Origin: Akkermansiaceae bacterium
GTDB taxonomy: Bacteria; Verrucomicrobiota; Verrucomicrobiia; Verrucomicrobiales; Akkermansiaceae
Reading direction: 5' to 3'
Assembly: GCA_051251915.1 (NCBI GenBank)
Contig: JBPOGF010000002.1
Span: 192,001 to 256,000 of the forward strand
Length of the DNA stretch: 64,000 nucleotides
Each line of letters begins with the position of its first letter. Position 1 is the stretch's first letter. The notes under the pieces were generated by a model. The model did not search any database. It saw nothing but the letters and a program-made list of their open reading frames with translations, and was not told where the DNA came from. This document shows, one piece after another, positions 9,884 through 19,988 of this stretch. A program made the translations under genes and the position numbers.

Positions 9884-11251
9884 ATGAAGAATGAGTATGT
9901 GGGCATGACTGAGCAACTACAAAAGCAGGTGGATGATTTATTTGAATTTTTAAGATTTCCTAGCATTTCTACGGCTAGTGATCATGCGGGGGATGTGCGG
10001 GCTTGTGGTGAGTGGTTGGTGGCTAAGCTGACTGGTATGGGATTGAGTGTGGAGCTGCATGAGACGCCGAAGCATCCGGTGGTGGTGGCTAGGAATGAGC
10101 ATGTGGAGGGGCGGAAGACGGTGTTGATTTATGGGCATTATGATGTGCAGCCGGTGGATCCGGTGGAGCTGTGGGATAGTGCTCCGTTTGAGCCTGAGAT
10201 TAGGGATGGTAGGATCTGGGGACGGGGAGCTACGGATAATAAGGGGCAGATGATGGCGCATGTGCTGGGTGTTCAGCAGATGTTGGAGGAGAAGGGTGAG
10301 TTGCCGGTGAATTTGATTTTCCTTTTCGAGGGTGAAGAGGAGATAGGGAGTCCCAATTTGGTTCCGTTTTTAGAGAAGCATAAGGCGGAGCTTGCTTGTG
10401 ATATTATTGCTGTTTCTGATACTGGGATGGTGGCGCGTGGGGTGCCTACGATGGGGTATGGTTTGAGGGGGATTACTTGTTGTGAAGTTAAGGTGAAGGG
10501 GCCGAAGGGTGATCTGCATTCTGGGCTTTATGGTGGGGCTGTGGCGAATCCGGCGACGGCTGTGGCTAGGCTGGTGGCTAGTCTGCATGATGCGGATGGG
10601 AAGATAGCGATTGATGGATTTTATGATGATGTGAAGCCGCTGGAGGACTGGGAGAGGGAGATGTGGGCTCAGGTTCCGGGGATGACGAAAGAGGATTTCA
10701 TGGCGATTACTGGGTCACCGGATTTATTTGGTGAGCCGGGGTATAGTAGTGCTGAGAGGTTGTGGGCGAGGCCTACGGCGGAGGTGAATGGGATAGGTTC
10801 TGGTTACCAGGGTGAGGGGAGCAAGACGGTGTTGCCGGCTGAGGCGATGGCGAAGTTTTCTTTCCGGTTGGTGCCGAATCAGGATCCGGCGGATATTGCG
10901 CGGAAGGTGGAGGCGCATTTAATGAAGCATGCTCCAGTGGGTGTGATGGTGGAGGTGGTGGCTGGGCATGATGGGAAGCCGTATTATGCTGATCCGAATT
11001 CTGCTTTTGGGATGGCTGGCCAGGCTGCGCTGGAAAAGGCGTTTGGTAAGAAGCCGGTGCTGATCCGTGAGGGTGGGAGTATTCCTATCATTAAGGATAT
11101 GCAGGATATTCTGGGTGCAGATTCTCTGTTGTTAGGGTTGGCGTTGCCGGATTGTCAGATTCATGCGCCGAATGAGAATTATTATTTAGAGAACTTTGAG
11201 GGGGGAATCAAGATGTCTCAGATTCTGTTAGATGAGTTGGCGAAGGTGTAG
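9884..11251 (+). CDS. M20 family dipeptidase
   Basis: YGHYDVQP, GRGATDNKGQ, EGEEEIGS, DLHSG and HAPNE motifs; the start may be 9905. Confidence 0.93.
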   Translation: MKNEYVGMTEQLQKQVDDLFEFLRFPSISTASDHAGDVRACGEWLVAKLTGMGLSVELHETPKHPVVVARNEHVEGRKTVLIYGHYDVQPVDPVELWDSAPFEPEIRDGRIWGRGATDNKGQMMAHVLGVQQMLEEKGELPVNLIFLFEGEEEIGSPNLVPFLEKHKAELACDIIAVSDTGMVARGVPTMGYGLRGITCCEVKVKGPKGDLHSGLYGGAVANPATAVARLVASLHDADGKIAIDGFYDDVKPLEDWEREMWAQVPGMTKEDFMAITGSPDLFGEPGYSSAERLWARPTAEVNGIGSGYQGEGSKTVLPAEAMAKFSFRLVPNQDPADIARKVEAHLMKHAPVGVMVEVVAGHDGKPYYADPNSAFGMAGQAALEKAFGKKPVLIREGGSIPIIKDMQDILGADSLLLGLALPDCQIHAPNENYYLENFEGGIKMSQILLDELAKV

Positions 11252-11256
11252 GTTTT

Positions 11257-11643
11257 TTAGAAGAGTAATAGGAAATCAACGCTGATGATGACCAAGAATG
11301 CTGGGACTAGAGAGAGGAGAGTGCCTAGGATGAATAGGCCTATTCTGAGTGTTTTGACGTCTTGGTAGTTGAATATGACGCGGACGTAGGTCTCGACGGT
11401 GGGGCCTGCGCAGAAGCAGAGGTTGGCGAAGATTCCGAAGACGATGGAAGATAGCACAGTTTCTTCTAGGCTGAAGTAGGGCGCGCGCATGGAGAAGAAG
11501 ATGGCGACGATGCCGACGAGAAATAGGATGATGTTGTAGAGGATGCGCATCCTTTCCCAGCCGATGACGATGTTACGTAGTTCGGTGTTGACGGGCTTTT
11601 TTTCTGAATTTTGGTCGGACTCTGGGGAGGTGTATGGATTCAT
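11257..11643 (-). CDS. Hypothetical membrane protein (3 TM)
   Basis: MNPYTSP N-terminus and WERMRILYN motif; hydrophobic segments. Confidence 0.75.
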   Translation of the reverse strand: MNPYTSPESDQNSEKKPVNTELRNIVIGWERMRILYNIILFLVGIVAIFFSMRAPYFSLEETVLSSIVFGIFANLCFCAGPTVETYVRVIFNYQDVKTLRIGLFILGTLLSLVPAFLVIISVDFLLLF

Positions 11644-11657
11644 GAGAATACCGGAAT

Positions 11658-12575
11658 TTAGAGTTTGAGTGTCTGGTTGTTTTTTCTAGATGCAAGGCTC
11701 ATGAGGATGAGTAGTGGGATGAGCCAGTAGGATGTGTTGAAGATGGTGTTCGTGATGATGGTGTCATAACATACTTTACCTGTGCAACTAAACGATAGTG
11801 CAAAGGCGCGATAAATACAAGTGAGTAAGCCGATGGCGATGAGGGCGAAGAGTCCGAGCCGACGCGTGGTGGATAGTGCGGTGAGGAGGGCGAAGAAGAT
11901 GGCGGTGTAGCAGAATGCTGTCATTGCTAGGTCTCCAGAGGCGGCTGGGAGTTTGAGCCAGGTGAAGATGGATTGCTCAAAGTTGGGGAATTTATCAGGA
12001 TAGAAGAGGTAGGTGAGGGTGTTGCCGAAGATGGTGGTGACGCAGAAGAAATTAGCGTAGTAGTTCCAGTGATCGATTTTATTGGCGAGTCGGCGGTAGC
12101 CTAGGAGGAGGAATGGGGTGGCGATGGGGAGGAGGTAGGAAACGACCGAGATGGGCTCGAAATTAGAGTCGATGTAGTGCTCTACTGCGGCTAGGACCAT
12201 GAGTGACCCTGCGATGAAGACGGGTAGGGTGTATTTTGGCTTTCGGCGATTGCCGCAGCGTAAGCTGGTGAGGGCAGCGATGGCGAAAAATGCGGCGATG
12301 CCGTAGTTGAGATACTGTTGTAGCTCAGTGAGGTTGAAGTTGTTGTTATTGGAGTCCTTGAGAAACTTACCTGTAGTTTCTTGGAGTATGGGCAGGAATT
12401 GGTCAGGGATGCCTAGTGGTGATGAGGTTTTGGTGATGTTCCATGCGGCTGCCATTAAGGTGAGGAAGCTTCCGATTCGGAGCAGCTGGAGCCAATCGTC
12501 TAGGTTATTTCGCATCCACGAGTCACGGTGTGGGTGAGGGATGTACTTGGATAGTTGTGCGCGAAAAAGTTGCAT
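11658..12575 (-). CDS. Hypothetical multi-TM membrane protein
   Basis: 305-aa ORF with about 8 hydrophobic segments. Confidence 0.75.
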   Translation of the reverse strand: MQLFRAQLSKYIPHPHRDSWMRNNLDDWLQLLRIGSFLTLMAAAWNITKTSSPLGIPDQFLPILQETTGKFLKDSNNNNFNLTELQQYLNYGIAAFFAIAALTSLRCGNRRKPKYTLPVFIAGSLMVLAAVEHYIDSNFEPISVVSYLLPIATPFLLLGYRRLANKIDHWNYYANFFCVTTIFGNTLTYLFYPDKFPNFEQSIFTWLKLPAASGDLAMTAFCYTAIFFALLTALSTTRRLGLFALIAIGLLTCIYRAFALSFSCTGKVCYDTIITNTIFNTSYWLIPLLILMSLASRKNNQTLKL

Positions 12576-12670
12576 AAGTTGCCGGAGAATGGCTTTTCAA
12601 CCAATATGGCTAGACTAGACAACTTCCTTCTGAGCGCAATCTTAATTCTACGGAATACGCGTGTGTGGGG

Positions 12671-13846
12671 CTAGACTTTGGCTCTCTCGCTGAGGGGTTC
12701 TGGGTAGGTGAACTCCTTGCCCTCGTAGTTTCTGAGGACTACTTTTTCTGGGGTGATTTCTTTGATGTAGTCTGGGTTGATGGGGATTTTTCCTCCTCCT
12801 CCAGGGCCATCGATAACGTATTGCGGGATGGCGTAGCCGGTGGTGTGGCCGCGTAGTCCCTCGATGATTTCGATGCCTTTTGCTACGCTGGTGCGTAGGT
12901 GGGATGAGCCTTTAATGAGGTCACACTGGTAGAGGTAGTATGGCCTGGAGCGGCACATGAGGAGCTTGTGGACGAGTGCTTTTTGGGTTTCGACGTTGTC
13001 GTTTACTCCTTTGAGCAGCACGCTTTGGTTACCTGTCATGATGCCGGCGTCTGAGAGTTTCTCAAGTCCTGCTTTGACTTCGGTGGTTAGTTCCTTGGGG
13101 TGATTTGAGTGGATGGAGATGAAGAGGGGATGGTATTTCTTGAGCATGTTGCAGAGGTCGTCTGTGATGCGCTGGGGTAGGAAGATGGGGATTCTGGAGC
13201 CGATTCTGACAAACTGGATGTGTGGGATGGCGTGGAGGCGGGAGAGGATTTTCTCTAGTTTGGAGTCTGAGAAGAGTAGTGGGTCTCCTCCTGAGAGTAG
13301 GACGTCACGGACGGAGGTGGTTTTTTCAAGGTACTCGAATGCGGCTTCCCACTGGGTTTCAAGTTGTTGCTCGCCGACGCCTGAGACTACGCGGCTGCGG
13401 GTGCAGTAGCGGCAGTAGGATGCGCAGCGGTCTGTGACTAGGAAGAGGACTCTGTCTGGATAGCGGTGAACTAATCCGGGGACGGGCATGTGGCTGTCTT
13501 CGCCGCAGGGGTCGTCCATTTCTTGTGGGTCATCTAGGCTTTCTTCCATGCGTGGGATGATTTGTCTGCGGATGGGGCAGTTTGGGTCATCTTTATCCAC
13601 TAGGTTCATGAAGTGTGGGGTGATGGACATGGCGAGGCGGTTTCCTGAGAGGATGATGCCGGTGCGTTCTTCTTGACTGAGATTGATGTGCTTCTCTAGG
13701 TCAGAGAGGGAATTGATCCTGTTTCTGAGTTGCCATTTATAGTCATCCCATTTTTCCATGGCTTCTACTGGCCAGTATCCGGGGGCGTGGCTTTTGAAGG
13801 GGATCATGGAGTCGTAATCAGTTGCTGTCGATTTTGCAGATGGCAT
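12671..13846 (-). CDS. KamA-family radical SAM protein (lysine 2,3-aminomutase-like)
   Basis: HRYPDRVL, CASYCRYCTR, SGGDPL, NQSVLLKGVND and PGGGGKIP motifs; substrate not determinable. Confidence 0.93.
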   Translation of the reverse strand: MPSAKSTATDYDSMIPFKSHAPGYWPVEAMEKWDDYKWQLRNRINSLSDLEKHINLSQEERTGIILSGNRLAMSITPHFMNLVDKDDPNCPIRRQIIPRMEESLDDPQEMDDPCGEDSHMPVPGLVHRYPDRVLFLVTDRCASYCRYCTRSRVVSGVGEQQLETQWEAAFEYLEKTTSVRDVLLSGGDPLLFSDSKLEKILSRLHAIPHIQFVRIGSRIPIFLPQRITDDLCNMLKKYHPLFISIHSNHPKELTTEVKAGLEKLSDAGIMTGNQSVLLKGVNDNVETQKALVHKLLMCRSRPYYLYQCDLIKGSSHLRTSVAKGIEIIEGLRGHTTGYAIPQYVIDGPGGGGKIPINPDYIKEITPEKVVLRNYEGKEFTYPEPLSERAKV

Positions 13847-13937
13847 AATGGGATTCTAGACGATGATTGTTAAATGTCAAAAGTCCGCGATGACATTTAT
13901 GGGAAGTTTAGTGTAGGTGGAAACTTGAGGGAACAAC

Positions 13938-13963
13938 AAAAGCCACATGCGAGCATGTGGCTT
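13938..13963 (-). terminator. Intrinsic terminator of rpsP
   Basis: AAGCCACATGC-GA-GCATGTGGCTT hairpin with a short A-run on + (U-run on -). Confidence 0.7.
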
Positions 13964-13999
13964 GGTGAATTGAAATTGAATCAAGTCAGAGTGTAGTGA

Positions 14000-14251
14000 T
14001 TAAGCTTCAAGAGCCTGCTTTTGGGCTTTCTTGATGATGCTTTTCACTGTGTCAGAAGGCTGAGCGCCTTTGCTGAGCCACTGTTCTGATTTCTCGAGGT
14101 CGATAGTGTAGTTCACACCTTCAACCATTGGGTTGTATGTTCCTAGCTGCTCGATAGGGCGGCCATCACGGCGCTTGCGGCTATCTACTGCTACGATTTT
14201 ATAATAAGGGCGATCTTTTGTGCCTTGACGGCTGAGACGAAGTGCTACCAT
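14000..14251 (-). CDS. rpsP: 30S ribosomal protein S16
   Basis: [41 protein letters not shown]...GAQPSDTV. Confidence 0.98.
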   Translation of the reverse strand: MVALRLSRQGTKDRPYYKIVAVDSRKRRDGRPIEQLGTYNPMVEGVNYTIDLEKSEQWLSKGAQPSDTVKSIIKKAQKQALEA

Positions 14252-14376
14252 GATTTTGTGGACGTTAAAATTTGTTAATGCCGCAATTGGTGCAGCAATG
14301 GGGCGGAAAACTGCACGATTTAGGGGTGTTTGCCAAGCGAAAACTTTATAAAAATAAAAAAACTTACCACTGACAC

Positions 14377-15165
14377 CTAATTATCATCTAAATTCTTGAA
14401 AATAGTGAGTGCTCCTTTGGTGGAAATTTTCTGATTTTTGGCGTAGGCTTTTGCTGCTCTCATCCTTATCTGTGCTTTGGTCTCGGCTTTGAACCATCCT
14501 TCTAGGGCATCGTGTAGGATGAATGATCCTGGGTACATGAGGCTTTTTGTTTGGAGGATGGAAGTTGTTTTGGTCTTGTTTAGGAACTTGGTGAAGTAGC
14601 GGTCTGAGATGCAGCAGAGGGTGATGGTGTCGATGGTTGGGAGGGTTTTTGCGGGGGTGGTTTCTACTTGGAATTCCATGAGGCCGTTGTGGCCGATGTA
14701 GGCTGTGAGGTCGGAGTTGGATCCGAGTTGGAGTTGGCGGTTGAGTGATTTTATTTCGACTACTGGGTGGTATGATCCGGTGGAGGCGTTAAGGTAGTTG
14801 GTGATGCATTGTTTGATGTGCTTGCCTTGGTAGGCGTCTGCGATGAGGAGGGAGTGGGTGTTTTTGTGTTGGAAGATGATACGTTGAAGGATGGGGGAGG
14901 TGGGATCAGTGGATTGGGGTTTGTGGGTTTCTAGTTTTTTCCAGAGGGGGCTTTTGGTGAAGTAGCGCTGGATGCCGTCTGAGCATCCCCAGTAGAGGTT
15001 GGCGTCTGGTTTGTCTCCATCGCCGATGGCTTTGCCTACTGGGACGATGCCTTGGGTGGCATTATCGCAGAGTGCGACGAAGACGTGGATGAGCTTTTCT
15101 TTAGCTGATACAATATTACAGCTAGTAAATAAACATAGGCAGGTGAGGAGGGTGATGAGTTTCAT
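14377..15165 (-). CDS. Hypothetical exported protein or lipoprotein
   Basis: Signal peptide with an LFTSC lipobox-like motif; VALCDN, NLYWG and YIGHNGLM motifs. Confidence 0.8.
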   Translation of the reverse strand: MKLITLLTCLCLFTSCNIVSAKEKLIHVFVALCDNATQGIVPVGKAIGDGDKPDANLYWGCSDGIQRYFTKSPLWKKLETHKPQSTDPTSPILQRIIFQHKNTHSLLIADAYQGKHIKQCITNYLNASTGSYHPVVEIKSLNRQLQLGSNSDLTAYIGHNGLMEFQVETTPAKTLPTIDTITLCCISDRYFTKFLNKTKTTSILQTKSLMYPGSFILHDALEGWFKAETKAQIRMRAAKAYAKNQKISTKGALTIFKNLDDN

Positions 15166-15217
15166 AGCTGTTCTATATTAAAAACTTACCTGTAGGTGTC
15201 CATGAATAAGTTAGTGC

Positions 15218-15826
15218 TTAGACGAAGTCGTTGTGTTCTTTTTCGTGGCCGATGGTGGTTTCTGGGCCGTGGCCTGAGAGGGAGATGGTGTCGTCTGGGA
15301 GGGTGTAGAGTTTGTTTCTGATGCCGTCTAAGAGCTGCTCCATGCTGCCGCCGGGGAGGTCTGTGCGGCCCATTCCTCCTGCCATGAGGGTGTCACCGGA
15401 GAAGACTACGTTGAGTTCAGGTAGGTAGAAGGTGATGCTGTCTGGTGAGTGGCCTGGGATGTGGGAGACTTTAAATTTTAGGTTTCCTACTTCGAGCTCA
15501 TTTTTTCCTTCTAGGAGGATGTCTGGGGTGAAGGGTTTGATGTTGACGGGGATTCCCCAGTTCTCGCGGGCTTCTTTTTGGCGGATGAGGGTTTCTTGAT
15601 ATGGGGAGTGAGCGACTACTTTGATGCCTAGGTCTTGGAGGGCTTCGACGTCTTCTGTGTGGTCGAAGTGTTGGTGGGTGAGTAGGAGGTGGGTGGGTTT
15701 TAGTCCTTCTGATTTGATGAGTTCATGGATGAGTGCTGGTGCGTCTACGACGATGCATTCGCCTGCGTGGTCGATGATGTATCCATTGGTAGAAACGTAT
15801 CCTCCTGTGTATGAAATGATGGGCAT
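15218..15826 (-). CDS. MBL-fold metallo-hydrolase (glyoxalase II-like)
   Basis: THQHFDH, PGHSPDS, SGDTL, GRTDLPGG and GHGPETT motifs. Confidence 0.93.
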   Translation of the reverse strand: MPIISYTGGYVSTNGYIIDHAGECIVVDAPALIHELIKSEGLKPTHLLLTHQHFDHTEDVEALQDLGIKVVAHSPYQETLIRQKEARENWGIPVNIKPFTPDILLEGKNELEVGNLKFKVSHIPGHSPDSITFYLPELNVVFSGDTLMAGGMGRTDLPGGSMEQLLDGIRNKLYTLPDDTISLSGHGPETTIGHEKEHNDFV

Positions 15827-15873
15827 GGAGGGAGTGTGAATGTAGAATGTAGAAGTGTGAAGTTTAATTGTTG

Positions 15874-16461
15874 TTAGGCTATCTTTGGTAGGAATGTGCG
15901 GTTGTTTTTTTCTTTTCCTAAGCCGATGGCGGCTAGGAGGAGTCCGGCGGCGACGAGCATGGCCATGAGGAAAATGCCTTGGAGGATGGTGAGTGTGATG
16001 GTGGGGAAGAAGCCGTGAATGCCTCTGAATGGGAGTATGCTGCGTAGCTCGCCGTAGAAGGTGTGAGAAACGATGCCGATGACGAAGTCTGGAGCCCAGA
16101 GGAGGCCTGTGAAGCTGGCGAACTTGGCGAGTGCTTCATTTCCTGCGTAGAAGAAGATGAAGAAGCTTATGAAGCCAGGGATGGCGATGAGGAAGAGTAT
16201 GAATCTGAGGTAGGTTCCGGCTCTGAGGGCGCGGGCCATGGTGCCTGTGGTGCAGTAGGTGTGTATGTCTTTCATGCTCATGAAGTAGGTGAGTATGAGG
16301 GCAAAGATGATGATGCCTAGTGCCATGGCGATGAAGCTTTCTGGTCTATTCCAATCATGCATGGCTGCGATGAACATGCTGGGGATGGAGTTGATGATGG
16401 TGTGGAATCCCCAGAATTTTAGGTTTTTGAAGAAGGTGGGGTAGGTGATGGTGAGGTCCAT
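15874..16461 (-). CDS. Hypothetical membrane protein
   Basis: 195 aa with about 5 TM segments. Confidence 0.75.
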   Translation of the reverse strand: MDLTITYPTFFKNLKFWGFHTIINSIPSMFIAAMHDWNRPESFIAMALGIIIFALILTYFMSMKDIHTYCTTGTMARALRAGTYLRFILFLIAIPGFISFFIFFYAGNEALAKFASFTGLLWAPDFVIGIVSHTFYGELRSILPFRGIHGFFPTITLTILQGIFLMAMLVAAGLLLAAIGLGKEKNNRTFLPKIA

Positions 16462-16514
16462 GTGGGAGGTTTTGTTATTTGTTATTTTTTATTTGTTAGA
16501 GTGGTGATGAGGAA

Positions 16515-16599
16515 CCCTAGCTGGCTTAATCAGTGCTACCTTGAACGCACACACACATATATATACAGGTGCTGGGATTGTCTGTTGAGCCGGCTAGGG
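16515..16599 (+). ncRNA. Candidate structured small RNA or decayed inverted-repeat element
   Basis: 15-bp stem CCCTAGCTGGCTTAA/TTGAGCCGGCTAGGG (2 G-U pairs); loop with CA and TA dinucleotide runs; TGtTAGAGT extended -10-like motif at 16494-16502. Confidence 0.4.
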
Positions 16600-16616
16600 G
16601 TAAGTTTTTGATGTGA

Positions 16617-17402
16617 TTATTCTCCGCGGTTAGGTTTAGGTGTAGGGTATGAGGATTTTTCTCTATTTCTAGTTTCTTGGGCGGAGAGTTGTTCGCCCCA
16701 GTGCTGGAGGAAGAATTTCTTACCATCGAGTTCTAGAATTTTGTCTGACTGGCCGATGATGGGGCGGAGGGTGGTGGGCATTTGGAGGGTGACTAGGGTG
16801 AAGATGGAGGCCCAGAGGTAGAGGTGCTTGGTGTGGGTCATGCCGAATGCTTTGCCGGTTTTGGTGAGGAATTTGAGTCCCATGAAGAGGCAGATGATCC
16901 AGATGGCGATGCAGAGGAATCCGAAGAAGCTCATGGAGTCACTGCTGCTGGAGAATAGCCAGATGACTGGTGAGAAGCCGATGAGTAGTAGGCTGGTGAT
17001 GGCCATGGTGCAGCTTTGGATGCCGAGGATGGTGGAGAATTTCTTATCTAATCCGCCGATACAGCAGAAGATGTAGAGGCTGGGGAGGCAGATGAGTGAG
17101 CTGAATAGGACTCCGCCTACGATCTTGAGTGGGGCGAGCCACATCTGCTCGGTGGCACCTTGGAAGCTGCCGACGATTAAGCCGAAGAGGGTGAGTGAGA
17201 GGATGGTCATGGCGAAGATGGGCATCCAGCGGACTCCTTCGCGTTCATCGATGGAGTGGATGACGCTGAGTGGTTTTTTGAGTAGGTGGCTGATGATGTT
17301 AGAGAAGCTGTAGTCACCTTCGATGAAGGTTTTGACGTAGGGTGTCTCTGGTTCGCGTTGTGGATTTGGAGGGTATGTGTATTTTGGTTCTTCTGGGTGC
17401 AT
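16617..17402 (-). CDS. Hypothetical ~5-TM membrane protein (Yip1-like), paralog A
   Basis: APLKI...LICLPSLY and QMPTTLRPIIG motifs; resembles the neighbouring gene. Confidence 0.8.
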   Translation of the reverse strand: MHPEEPKYTYPPNPQREPETPYVKTFIEGDYSFSNIISHLLKKPLSVIHSIDEREGVRWMPIFAMTILSLTLFGLIVGSFQGATEQMWLAPLKIVGGVLFSSLICLPSLYIFCCIGGLDKKFSTILGIQSCTMAITSLLLIGFSPVIWLFSSSSDSMSFFGFLCIAIWIICLFMGLKFLTKTGKAFGMTHTKHLYLWASIFTLVTLQMPTTLRPIIGQSDKILELDGKKFFLQHWGEQLSAQETRNREKSSYPTPKPNRGE

Positions 17403-17435
17403 GATTTTGATGGGTTGGTTAGTGGTTAGATGTTG

Positions 17436-18149
17436 TTAGAAAATGTTTTGGAGGGAGTTGAAGATGGATTCGTAGAATGAGCTGGCGAATTTGTTGTCTC
17501 TGAGAAACTGGATAGGACTTCCTGGTGAGCCGAAGAAGGGGCGGGATATCCAGCCGATCTGGGCGCCTACGAAGAGGTTTCCTGCGAGCCATGCGATGAA
17601 TGTCTGGGTGGCGGCTTTTCTGGTTTGGGCGTATTTTTTGAGTGCTCCGAGGAGCATGGAGTGGGAGACGATGCCGGCGTAGGAGATCATGAAGACGTGG
17701 GTGAGGAGGGTGATGCTGTGGAAGAATGTGGCGTCTGAGCTGTCGGCGCTGGGGCCTTGGAGAGCCATGCCGATGGTGATGGGGCTGAGGGCGCCGAGGA
17801 TGAGTGCGCAGATGGCGAAGGCGGTGAAGAGGAACTGGAGGCTTTGGCGCATGGTGATGCCGGAGCCGAGGACCATGGCGAACATGCCATTGATGAGGGC
17901 ATTCACTGCGAGGGTGGCGATGACGACGAGGGGGAATTTGATGCCTGCGTAGGAGGCCATTTGCCAGCCTTGCCAGAGGCCCATGCTGAGGCCGTAGCTG
18001 CCGCAGCCTAGGATGATGAGGGGGAGGGTGCGGCTGAGGATGAATGCCGGGGATTGTTTCATCCAGTGGTCTATCAGCGTGCGGTCACCTCTGCAGAGTG
18101 CAGGGATGGAGCTGAGGATTTCTGAGATGATGGTGAGTATGCGTGGCAT
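17436..18149 (-). CDS. Hypothetical ~5-TM membrane protein (Yip1-like), paralog B
   Basis: AGIKFP and GAQIGWISRPFFGSP motifs. Confidence 0.8.
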   Translation of the reverse strand: MPRILTIISEILSSIPALCRGDRTLIDHWMKQSPAFILSRTLPLIILGCGSYGLSMGLWQGWQMASYAGIKFPLVVIATLAVNALINGMFAMVLGSGITMRQSLQFLFTAFAICALILGALSPITIGMALQGPSADSSDATFFHSITLLTHVFMISYAGIVSHSMLLGALKKYAQTRKAATQTFIAWLAGNLFVGAQIGWISRPFFGSPGSPIQFLRDNKFASSFYESIFNSLQNIF

Positions 18150-18232
18150 TGTGGTTTAATACGTAGCCAAGCTGACTGATCTTTATGAATTCTTTATGAA
18201 GGTGGTGTGAAGAGTTGGTGAAATTTTCTATC

Positions 18233-18967
18233 TTAGAAAAATGTTAGTCTGATGCCTGCTAGCATGGCGGTAGCGAGGATGATGTATTCGAAGTTTTTCT
18301 GGGGGATGCGGTGGAGGAATTTTTTGCCTGCGAAGATGCCTGTTGCTAGGATGGGGGCTAGGTAGAGGTTCATGGTTATTGTTTCCTGGGTGATGAGGTT
18401 TAGCTGGGCGTTGAGGGGGAGTTTGATGAGGTTTGCTACTAGGAAGAATCTGGCGCAGACGCCGATGAGTTCCATTTTGGGGATTTTGATGGTGAGGAAG
18501 TAGAGCTGGAAGATGGGGCCGGCGGCGTTAGCTAGGACGGTGGCGATGCCTCCTGATGATGCTGAGGCGTAGCGGAATGTGATGGAGCGTGCCATGTGCT
18601 CGATCTGGTTGGCGTAGAATTTGCGGATGATCTGGATGAGTGCCATGGAGAGGATGATGATTCCTATGATGGGTTTCATGACGTTGTTAGGGAGGTAGGG
18701 GAGGAGGATGAAGGCTAGTGTCATGCCGATGAGGGCGGGGAAGAGGACTGGCCAGACTTGGCTCCAGCTGCCGTGCTTGCGGAATGCTGGGTAGACGATG
18801 AGGTCTGCTAGGATGAGCATGGGGAGGGCGATGCCGAGGGATTCTTTGGCGCCGAAGGTCTGGGCTAGGAGGTAGACGGCGATGAGTGATACTCCGGAGA
18901 ATCCTGCCTTAGAGATGCCGATGCAGAGCGCGGAGATGGCGAGGATGAGCATGGTTTCTGTAGGCAT
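18233..18967 (-). CDS. TauE/SafE (TSUP) family transporter
   Basis: GISKAGFSG, LPMLILAD, ANAAGP and NLIKLP motifs. Confidence 0.88.
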   Translation of the reverse strand: MPTETMLILAISALCIGISKAGFSGVSLIAVYLLAQTFGAKESLGIALPMLILADLIVYPAFRKHGSWSQVWPVLFPALIGMTLAFILLPYLPNNVMKPIIGIIILSMALIQIIRKFYANQIEHMARSITFRYASASSGGIATVLANAAGPIFQLYFLTIKIPKMELIGVCARFFLVANLIKLPLNAQLNLITQETITMNLYLAPILATGIFAGKKFLHRIPQKNFEYIILATAMLAGIRLTFF

Positions 18968-19006
18968 GGTGCTAAGCTTGGTGGGTGGGGGTGGTTTGTA
19001 AACTGA

Positions 19007-19894
19007 TTATTTATTTACTGGGGGTGTGGGTGAGAGTTTTTTGGTGTGGGTTGTTTTTTGGATGATGACTAGGGCGATGCCGCCGAGGATGGTTGCTGAG
19101 GCTAGGGTGAGGCGTGGGGTGATGGATTCTTGGAGGAAGATGACTCCGGCGAAGGCGGCGATGACGGGGACGGAGAGCTGGACGGTGGCGGCGGTGGTGG
19201 ATTTTAGTGAGGGGAGGACTTGATACCAGAGGACGTAGCCTAGTCCGGATGTTATTGCTCCGGATAGGATGGCTGTGGTGATGCCTAGGGGATTTATGCT
19301 GGCTTGGTTTATGGTGATGATGCTGAGGATGATGGTGAATGGGATGGAGAGGATGAAGTTTCTGGCTGTTGTGGAGGTGGGGTTGGCGCTTCCTTTGCCG
19401 CGTAGTGAGTAGATGGCCCAGGCGATGCCTGAGGCGAACATGATGAGGGAGTCTGTGAGTGGTGGGGCGGAGAGGCCTGGCCAGAGGAGGGTGGTTAGGC
19501 CGGCGAGGGCGAGGATGAGGCCGGTGATTTGTTGGGTGCGTAGGCGCTCGCCTGAGTAGATGCCGTGGCCGATCATGGTGGCTTGGACTGCGCCGAAGAG
19601 GAGTAGTGCGCCCATGGCGGTGGAGAGGTTTACGTAGGCGAATGAGAAGCAGGCTGCGTAGGCGAATAGGGCGAGGGCGGATAGCCAGTTTCCTGCTGTT
19701 TTGTTAGATGAGTTCTTAAAATGAACGATGATCCAGAGGATGAGGGCGCCGGATAGGAGGCGGATGGTGGTGAAGCTGGCGGGGTCCATGCCGGCTTGGT
19801 CTTGGTTTTGGTTTTGGTCTAGGGCGAGGCGGCAGAGGAGGGAGTTGCCGGCGAAGGCTGTCATGGCTAGAGTTGTTAGGAGTAGAATTTTCAT
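19007..19894 (-). CDS. DMT/EamA family transporter
   Basis: AFAGNSLLCRLAL, FSFAY and QLSVPVIAA motifs; about 10 TM segments. Confidence 0.9.
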   Translation of the reverse strand: MKILLLTTLAMTAFAGNSLLCRLALDQNQNQDQAGMDPASFTTIRLLSGALILWIIVHFKNSSNKTAGNWLSALALFAYAACFSFAYVNLSTAMGALLLFGAVQATMIGHGIYSGERLRTQQITGLILALAGLTTLLWPGLSAPPLTDSLIMFASGIAWAIYSLRGKGSANPTSTTARNFILSIPFTIILSIITINQASINPLGITTAILSGAITSGLGYVLWYQVLPSLKSTTAATVQLSVPVIAAFAGVIFLQESITPRLTLASATILGGIALVIIQKTTHTKKLSPTPPVNK

Positions 19895-19988
19895 TAGTGA
19901 GTGTTAGTGAAAATTCACTGTGCTGTTAGGATGCTAAATTGATGGTGCTATTCCTAATATTTTAGCGATAAGCTGTTTTTTCTGGAGG

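Noticed and set aside
12671..13846. EF-P modification enzyme EpmB
   Set aside because: No efp or epmA is adjacent and the GGGGKIP-type C-terminus is KamA-like; left at family level.
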